DNA of 64,000 nucleotides from Rhynchopus sp. YZ270_cl-10 (lineage: Eukaryota). The first letter of the stretch is position 1. Every line of letters starts with the position of its first letter. Positions 55,685 through 64,000 of the stretch are shown here, one piece after another. The notes below the pieces were generated by a model that saw nothing but the letters and a program-made list of their open reading frames with translations, ran no database searches and was not told where the DNA came from. Made by a program: the position numbers and the translations under genes. The DNA is taken from positions 124,001 through 188,000 of the forward strand of contig OZ037844.1 of the NCBI GenBank assembly GCA_964035575.1, in the 5' to 3' direction.

Positions 55685-58168
55685 GGGCGGTTCATTTTTT
55701 TTCAAGGGATTTTTTCCGTTATTTTCGCGCGAAAATGCCATTTTTGGCACGTTTCAACCAATACAAACCCGTGGTGACCTCTCTCAGTCAAATTTGTGGT
55801 CATTTTCCCCTTGTGACAGAAACCGAGAACAACAAAAAAAAAGTATACCCCCTAGCAGTTCTCCGAGGTTCCTCCGTGGTTCTCCCGTGGGTTCCCCGTA
55901 CCCCTTGAATCACACCAACAAAAAGAAAGATTGAGAAGATGAAGCCTTTTTCGGTGCGGACATCTTTTTCAAACAAAGAGACAAGAAAAACTGAAAAAAA
56001 AAAAAACGATAGTTCGGTGCAAATATGATTGCAGTTCAGTGGAAAAATGGCTTTGAAAAAAAAAATATATGATAAAGACAGCGAGAGAACTTTCGAAACG
56101 GCAAAAAAAGATGGGGGAAAACGTTTCCTTATATGACGGTGACTTGACTTGTGGGGTTTTTCTTGTGGGTTTCATTTATCGTCAAAGTCAATTTACTTCA
56201 CCGTCGTCTTTATTTTGTAGCATGTTCTTCAGGTCGAAAGTCTGACACATTTTTACAATAACCCGCCTTCAGAGGGCTTGTAATGTGCCATGGAGTTTTT
56301 TCATGACAGCGTCAAAAAAAAAGAAGTTAATAAGAAGAACCTAAGCCTGGACTTAGCCACCTCAAAAAAACCATAAAATGTCATTTCTTGACCCTTCGTT
56401 GGGTGTGTGTGAACCCCATTCTGTTGCATATCAAGACCTGTGCTCTATCGTCTGATTTGACGATCAAATTCACTGGGTCCATTACGCTTCTCAGAAGCTC
56501 GCGTCTTATACTAAAAAAAATTCGAAGACATTGTGTGGGCAAAAGGGCACACATTATTTTTTTTTTTTTTTGCAAAGGTCGAATAATAATGCATTGAAGA
56601 AAGGTTGACAATAAACAAAAGAAAAAAAAGCACTCAAAAATAAAATAAAAATGCACACGAGTATTTGTTTGTGTTGTAGTGGAAGGTGCTCCACTATTTT
56701 TCTTTTTTTTTTTTGAAAAAAAAAAAATCGGTTGTATTAGTGAAGACATCCGAGGAGCTCCACTAGAAAAATATTTGCAAAAAAGTTGCGCAAAAAAAAA
56801 AAATTGAAAAATGAATGTGTCTCTCGTACACACATCTTTAAAAAAAACAATTTTTCCAATGATTTTGAAGATCGTACACCTCGTACCCTAAAAGGGGAAA
56901 AGAAAACGATCTCTCTGGCCTGATCGGGGGTTGGTGGTTTGTCACTTACTATTCTCTGAATAAAAAAACAAAAAAAGAACGTTTCAAAAAAAGATGTGAT
57001 TTGGCTAAAAAAAAGATAATTTTGAGAGCGGGTAAAAAAAAAAAAAAATGCATTTCCTGAGAAGATCACGCGGTAAGATTTTATCTCAAATTTATATTAT
57101 TTGCTACTGGAAAAAAAAACACCAATAAAAACAACTAGTTGAGAAAAAAAACAAAAACAAAACAAAACACAGAAAATAACACGTAACGTCGTTGTTGAAA
57201 CATACAATTTCCCTCCGAAATACAAAAAAAAAAAGGGGGGGGAGGGGAAAATCCATCGCGATAACGTTAACGATAAATACAATGCACTTCAAAATGAACC
57301 TTCAATTTTGAAGAAAACATTAACTATAAATTGGAGCGCAACATACAGATTCAAAGAAAACTAAAAAAAAGATCGGTCTTTTGTTTGTGCGCTCAAAGCC
57401 GGGAAAACAAAAAGGTGAAAAAATGTGTTAAACTGAAGTACGGTTGTTGTGGTTAATTGAGTACTCAAAGAAAACAAGCAAGCTTCTGTTTTTTTCAATC
57501 CGTTTTGTTTGCCCTGCAGCGCTGCCTCCAATCTTTTTAGAATTGACAACAAGTTGTTTTATCAAAAAAGAAAACTTGAATAAAATGCATTTCATAACTA
57601 CTGAAACTAAAATGAGGGATTAAATCCGAACAAAAACAACAAAAAACAAAAAACAAAAAACAAAAAAAAAACACATTTGACCACAAAAGTAGGTGGAATA
57701 ACCAAAGTAAAGAGGAACAGTTGGGAAACTAATCCTCATTGTTGTTTTACTCACCTTTAAAACAATGGGAGGGGGGGAAAAAATAGTCTGAAAATCACAC
57801 ATAAAAAAGGGGGGAACTTGAGGGGGAAAAAAGTGTGAATCACAGCGAAAAAAATAAAAACGGGAAATCGGGGTCGTTATTCATACAAAGCCACCTCACA
57901 ATACATCAAAAACGGGTGACTGTTGCTCTTTTTTTTTTTCCAAGGGGAATATAGTACCAAAAAAATAGTGTGTAGAGTGTGGGTGGGGTGGGGAAGTTAA
58001 AATCCAACAGTTGGTGGGTTGCGGAAAAGTTCAAAAAAAAAAGGGGGTTTTTGGGATGGGGTTTGTCCTCATAGCGTTGAACAGTGTTGTTGCTCGTTTT
58101 TTTTGTTTCTGTCTCGAGTAAAGTCTACCCCTGACCCGTTTGTTGTCCCGTTTTTCATGCCGTTTTCA

Positions 58169-58304
58169 AAAGTGTCACTTCTCGTTCCCTCACCCCCCTT
58201 CTTGTAGTTGTTTGATGCGTTGACGCTTCCACACACACTAAAAATCACCTGTTGGGTGGTGGTGTTGCGGAGCACGGTTGGGTGAGTGAACGACGTGACA
58301 CTTT
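58169..58304. mobile_element. MITE-like repeat, copy of 24894-25029
   Basis: Near-identical sequence with inverted ends. Confidence 0.7.
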
Positions 58305-59264
58305 CCGCTCACAAAGTAGTGTGCGTAAAAAAAAATTGACAATGTGTAAGGACACCACCTTTGTGTGAACTCCACGCAAGTCGTCACCTTTTGTCTCTCG
58401 TTTTCGAGGACGCTTTCACAATCCTAGAATGTGTGGAATGGGCTGAGATGACTGGGAGGTTACCTCGCCGTTGGTTCCACACAGAGAGAAATGCAGGCAA
58501 ACGTGCCTCCCCTTTAAGGGGGCTTTTTTGTTGCATGAAGCGAACGGGGCTGGGGTAATAAAAAGTGTTTCAACCTATGCAATCAATAAATTGAAAAAAA
58601 AAAAAAAGAGTAGTTGAAACGTGCTAAAACGCATCTCAGTCGAGCTCATGCAAAGGGTAGGACGTGGGTTGAAAAAAAATATACTATTTTGTGTACGTTG
58701 AAATGGGAAATGCCAAAAAAAAAAAAGAAAGTTGAAAAGTGCAAAAAAAAACACCTCACCGTACAATTCGGCGAGACGAAATGGGCACTGAACCCAAAAA
58801 GGTATTTGGTAAAATGATACCAAAAATATATGGTTCAACTTACTTCAACCGTTTGACGTCCCAACAACAACACACAGATCAGTTTTTATTTGAGTTTTTG
58901 CGGCTTTTTGAGGTATTATTTTTTTGTGTTAATTTTTCGATCCGAAAAAAGGGGGAGAGCTTTGAAAAATATTTACTTTTGTTGGAAAAAATGGGGGAAA
59001 AGGTGGGTTTTCTTTACTTTTATTTTGGGCTGTTTTTTTTTTGGGGACAAAAAAAAAATTCCTCTTTGCAAGGGAAAAGGTTATTAGATGAATTGCTCAT
59101 GCTCTCAGTCACCTCACAATCTAAAAAAAATCATTCAAAAATGACCTCTTTGTTGGATTTCAACCCTTTTTTTGTTTTTTTTTGAAAAATTGTTGGAGTA
59201 GGGTAGTTTGCGCCTATGTAAGCTCCATTGTCCTTTAATATTAAATTTATTAAAGAAAATCAGT

Positions 59265-59492
59265 TCAGTATCTGCTCCTCGACCACTTGCCCCTTCTCCA
59301 CTGCCCAAAGCTGGATCCCGACGCAGTGCCCTCTTCCTGAGGCATTCTAGAGTTTCTGCTCCTGTGGTACATGTCAGTTGTCGAGCAGGTGCTCCCTCCT
59401 CTCTTCACACTGCTGTCCCTCCCTGCGAAGCTGATAACCTTGACATCAGACATCGTCGACTTCTGAAGAGCGCGGACAGCCTGCTTCAACAT
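59265..59492 (-). CDS. Candidate 75-aa basic protein
   Basis: GC-richer island in AT-rich DNA, on the coding strand, with the ATG directly after a pyrimidine tract ending in CAG. Confidence 0.5.
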   Translation of the reverse strand: MLKQAVRALQKSTMSDVKVISFAGRDSSVKRGGSTCSTTDMYHRSRNSRMPQEEGTASGSSFGQWRRGKWSRSRY

Positions 59493-60059
59493 GGTTGCGA
59501 CTGGGTTGGAGAAGAAAGAAAAAATGTTTTTTGTGTAAGTACCTTTCGGTTTGTATAGGGGGCAAGAGAGTAAAAAAACGAGTGCGTCTTTTTAAATTGC
59601 CCTGCGGAAGTGGTTCTGGATTGTGGAGGGGGGAGGAAAAAAAAGCACCAAAAACTGAGAGGAAAGACACAACCTTTTTCATAAAAGCATCAAAATCTAG
59701 CAAATGTAGGACGCAAAAAATGTACCTTTTTTTGTTTTGCTAAAAAAAAAATGGGGAGAAGAGTTAGGGGTGGATTTTGAAAGCAATAGAGTAGTTCCTT
59801 CTGCGCCATTTAAACACCCTTTTTACTCTCATCTTTATTTGATAAATTGTTGGGGTAGTGCAGTTGCTTCCGTTGTGTTGCCACAGTTGTGCACATTTCC
59901 GCTTTTTTATAACACAGACTGTGTTATCAGTAGAGGTACATCAAAAAGTTGACTTGAAATACAAAAATCCTCTCACAGTGTACCTTTGGTACAATGACCG
60001 GCTGTACCGGGGGTGGACACTCAAACCATGTAGTCCTACCTCCATTTTCGTGGTTTCCA

Positions 60060-60842
60060 TCAGAAGGAGGCTATGGTACCATGCAGTGTCGCGGTCGAAG
60101 CGTGTTTCCTTAGGGCAGAGTGCCCTCTGGGGGGCATGGGGGGGAAATGTCTTGGCAGCGGGAGGTATGCGTGTCTGCCACTTACCATCCCACCTCCTCC
60201 TCCTCCTCCTCCCCCACCCATACACTCTACAGAGCCAGGACGTGACGCAGCAGACGGCTCGACAGATGACACCCCTACGTTCACCTCCCCACCTCGCTCA
60301 CACGCCAAGCTTGCAATCGCCATATTCGTTCTCCCTCTTACCTGCCCTCCACCCCCGGCACTGCGCAGACTCCCACCACGTTGCACACCTCTACGCAGCC
60401 CTGACTTCCCTTCGGGCGGTCGTGGTGCCGGAGGAGCTCGTAGATGCGTCAACGCAATACACGGTTGCGTCTCAGTTGCTTGCGTTATCCCTAGCGCATG
60501 AAGGTATTGCACCCCATAATACCCAGGACCACCTGCATGCCGTTCTGTTGGGAATGGAAGCGGTGTGGACGGTGCAGCGACCTGGTGAGAAACCACAGCA
60601 ATGTCCTCACGACACAATGTACGTCCACTGCGGACAAGACCTGGGGTAGGCCCATTGTAGGCTCGTCGCTTTTTTTGAGGAATATCTGGCGTCAATTGTA
60701 TGTTCTCATCGTGCTGCCCTGCGGCATTTAGATAAAACGGTATGGGAGAGCTGGGCAGTGAATGTTTCGTGTTCTCTTGTGTCTCTGCTTGGGTGACAAC
60801 CGACAGTGCCCAGGATCTTCGCGCGTCGGCATTACGTGTCAT
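60060..60842 (-). CDS. Hypothetical 260-aa G/P/R-rich protein
   Basis: ORF fills a GC-rich island on the coding strand with a pyrimidine tract before the ATG; no family recognised. Confidence 0.45.
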   Translation of the reverse strand: MTRNADARRSWALSVVTQAETQENTKHSLPSSPIPFYLNAAGQHDENIQLTPDIPQKKRRAYNGPTPGLVRSGRTLCREDIAVVSHQVAAPSTPLPFPTERHAGGPGYYGVQYLHALGITQATETQPCIALTHLRAPPAPRPPEGKSGLRRGVQRGGSLRSAGGGGQVRGRTNMAIASLACERGGEVNVGVSSVEPSAASRPGSVECMGGGGGGGGGGMVSGRHAYLPLPRHFPPMPPRGHSALRKHASTATLHGTIASF

Positions 60843-61442
60843 AGTGAAAAAAGAAGAGGGGACAGCAGAGTAGTGTGCGCAGCGTCACACCTTTAAGAGA
60901 AAAAAGAGAGAAAAAAATGGTGCAATTTAGTTTCACATACAAGAGAAAAGTGAGGTGTGTTAAAGAAAAGGGAGGGTTTAGATTATGAACCTATCGTGAG
61001 ATTCAAAGGCGCAAAATATTATAAAAAAAAATGGGTTTTTTTTTGTGATACGGAATATCGAAATAAAAGGGAGTGAGGTGTAAATGTTTGAGGAAAAAAA
61101 AGGGGGGGTGTGATTATGTTCTGTTTTGTTTTTTTGGAGTGAGTTGTGGTGTTTGGTGTAGAGGGTTGATCCAATATACTATACAACGCATTTTATTCAC
61201 ATCGATGGTGTGGCTGAACCCAAAAAAAAGGGTATTATTTAGCAGTTTGTTAGCACTTTGTTAGCATGCATTTTTGGGGGGGTGGTGTATAAAAATTTTT
61301 TTCCCCACGGGTGTTGGAAAAAAAATTTTTTTTCTCGTTGGTGAGCTTTTTAACGCCGGCATTTGCATTTCCGGAATCCGTCCGGCCAGTGGTGGGGTCA
61401 ATTCGCCGAAATGGACAAGTTCTCGTTTTTGGTCAATTTCCG

Positions 61443-61594
61443 CAGTATACACAGTATACACAGTATACACAGTATACACAGTATACACAGTATACACAGT
61501 ATACACAGTATACACAGTATACACAGTATACACAGTATACACAGTATACACAGTATACACAGTATACACAGTATACACAGTATACACAGTATAC
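61443..61594. repeat. (GTATACACA)n array, about 17 units
   Basis: Directly visible; shares a ~100-bp 5' flank with the array at 12771. Confidence 0.98.
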
Positions 61595-64000
61595 TCAGGG
61601 GAAAAACTCACGTTGTGGGCGCCGCAGGCGCACGGTACGCGTTTTTCGTGATTTTTACCAGCCCCGTTCTGTGCGTTCTTTTGACTCAGCGAGTCGATTG
61701 CGTTCAACGGCGGGGTCACACATGGGTATGCAAGAGTGGAGGCGCGCCAACAGGGGGAGTGGAAAAACCAAGGTAAAAAAATGTTTTTATACACCACCCC
61801 TAAAAAAAGGGTATTATTTAGCAGTTTGTTAGCAGTTCTTTAGCAGTGAAATTTGCTGGTTTCAGCCACACCAATCGAGAAAAAAAAAATGAGAAAAAGT
61901 GTGTGCTGGATATATCGCGTAAAAAGGTTGTGGAAAAATTAAATACAGAGTAAGCTGGGTTCTGACATCGGTGAAGTAATCGCTTGAAGCGCAAAATTAC
62001 GACGATTGGATTGGATGGATGCGTCCATAAATCGTAACCTCAAACCTAACGGGTTTGAGGTACCTTTGAGTAACCCACTGTACGATACAGCTGGATGACA
62101 GCATGGCCCTGCAGCTCAGAACAGAAGGCGTACAAAGGCCTAATGGGTTAATGTGAATGGAGGTGAGGGCGGTGCACAACCTGAGGCCACCTTCCGCTGA
62201 AGAGAGAGACTGTGAGTCATCAACGGTTCTGCTCCCATTAGTTGCAATGCTTGCTTGGTGTTAACGTGCAAACGAAAAATTAATATATCCCCCCCTTTAT
62301 TTGTGGACAGAGAGAGAAGAGAGCTCTTTCGACATCTTTTTTTCACCCTCGATTCTTTCTAGTCTCAGGTTTTCCCTTTTGCCGTTTTTCGAAAAAAACT
62401 GTCTTTTTTTGTTGTCGTGCTTTTTTTTAGGATCTTTTTTTTTTGAGCAATACATAAGGGAGTTGAGCACACTGAAAGGGATGATCAAACGAGCCAGGGA
62501 AATAGCTTGGGTACTTTTGCTGGTTTCAAAACCAGAACGAGCTGGTTTACTGGTTTGGGGAAAAATAAAAAAAAAAAGTCGGATTCGGGATTCAGTTTTT
62601 CGTCGCCCCCCGCACCACTTTCCCACTCACAGAAGAAAGCCTCACACGTAAGCGAACCCCTAAAAAGGGTTCATTAAGTGACTCTGTGGTGTAAAAAGCT
62701 GCATGTTTTGCACTATACCCTAATTTTTTTTCGCCTGCGGCGCCACATATTATTTTTTTGCTCCGCAAAAAAATAGAGTTTACAATGTCTTAGGGAACAC
62801 TCTTGCATTTTGCAGCCACAAATGCAACTTGACCAAAGCTGCAAAAAGTTGACCGTTTTTTCAAAATGACCCACCGTTGCAACAGCCCCTGCTTCTGGAA
62901 TACGTATTGACTTTGTACGGTTAGTGGAACGAAAGGTGCAAGACCAAGCTCCGTTAACACAGGATTATATTCTATTTTCTTTGTTGTCTCGCAAAATTTA
63001 CCCTTTGCCTCTCCACTCTGTGGTTGGCAGGGAGGCGCGCGCGAAGCGCGCGACGACCGCTTTCAACCGGGGAAAATTTTTTTCTAAACCAGCAAACCAG
63101 CAACATTTGAAAAGTGCACCTTTCAAGCTACTACCCTGAAACGAGCTGTCAGAAAAAAAAAAAAAAACAAAAAAAAAAAATAATGGAATGTCGAGGGTGG
63201 GCGTTGGGAAAAAAAAATCCCCCCCAGAGAATGAAGAGAAGTTTTTTTTGAGGGTAATAGTTTTGGGCTGTGCTGTGGTTTTTTTTGGTAAAAAAAATAT
63301 ACTTCAAAAATAAGACACAGTTCAGCAAATTACTACATTCTGAGGGGTACAGAAAAAATAGGTACCACCTACTCAACCTCAAAGCACACACCTGCCTCCT
63401 TCCCTGTATTTTTTTTTATAACCATTTCTACCGTCAACAGTTCCATTGCACAAAAAAAAAAGAAAAAAAAAAAACGGGAACGGAAAAAAAAAAAAAGATA
63501 AACAGAAACACAAAGCACTCAGACACTATAAACAGTGTTGTTAATAATTTTTTTTTTTTTTTTTGTTTTTGTTTTTTTTGAAAAAAAAAATGTTGGGAAA
63601 TAGTTTGTTACTGCTTTTCTGTGCAGGGTTTGTCGCGTCTATTCGCCATTATCCCAATATATATTTTTTTTGGTGGGCCACAAAGGCCACAGAAACCCAT
63701 GACACACTAACACACACAATGACGCTCAGGGAACAAAAACCCTGTTTTTTTTTTTCCTTCCAGTAAATTTACCTCACACATCACACATCACACGACAAAA
63801 AAAAATAATAAAAAAACCACGATTCACACCAAAGGAATGCAAAAAAACACATTTTTAAAAAATATATCGGAATAGTTTTGTTGCCTCTTGTGTTGGTCAC
63901 ATTTTGGGCAATCTCAACTTTCCACACATTTTCTTTTGGTTGAGGGTAGACAGGGGAGGCTAAATTTCTTGGTATTTTTTTTAGATTTCTGTACCCAAGA

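Noticed and set aside
50200..59200. Many short K/F-rich ORFs; tRNA, rRNA or spliced-leader RNA genes
   Set aside because: The ORFs derive from A/T homopolymers, and no cloverleaf or spliced-leader sequence was recognised by eye.

Overview
Eukaryotic genomic DNA, most likely from a euglenozoan protist such as a diplonemid (inference). Every convincing gene lies on the minus strand over about 60 kb, several contain short GT-AG introns, and start codons are preceded by pyrimidine-rich tracts. Genes: four tandem ankyrin-repeat paralogues (one intact, three damaged), one solo and six tandem ubiquitin-like + 7-blade WD40 genes, a RanBP2/NZF zinc-finger gene, DDX27/Drs1 helicase, a coiled-coil gene, a 1227-aa unknown ORF, an RD/RE-rich protein with a C-terminal CID-like domain, and histidine ammonia-lyase. 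The most striking signal is that both tandem arrays have a near-invariant N-terminal module and scaffold, while amino-acid variation is concentrated on the predicted binding surface and shuffled between copies, which resembles a diversifying binder repertoire. Intergenic DNA holds a 1.6-kb foldback element, several MITE-like elements, perfect (GTATACACA)n and (GTACA)n arrays nested in inverted-repeat elements, and two families of roughly 30-nt hairpins whose copies all have the same orientation. All calls are by eye; no database searches were run.
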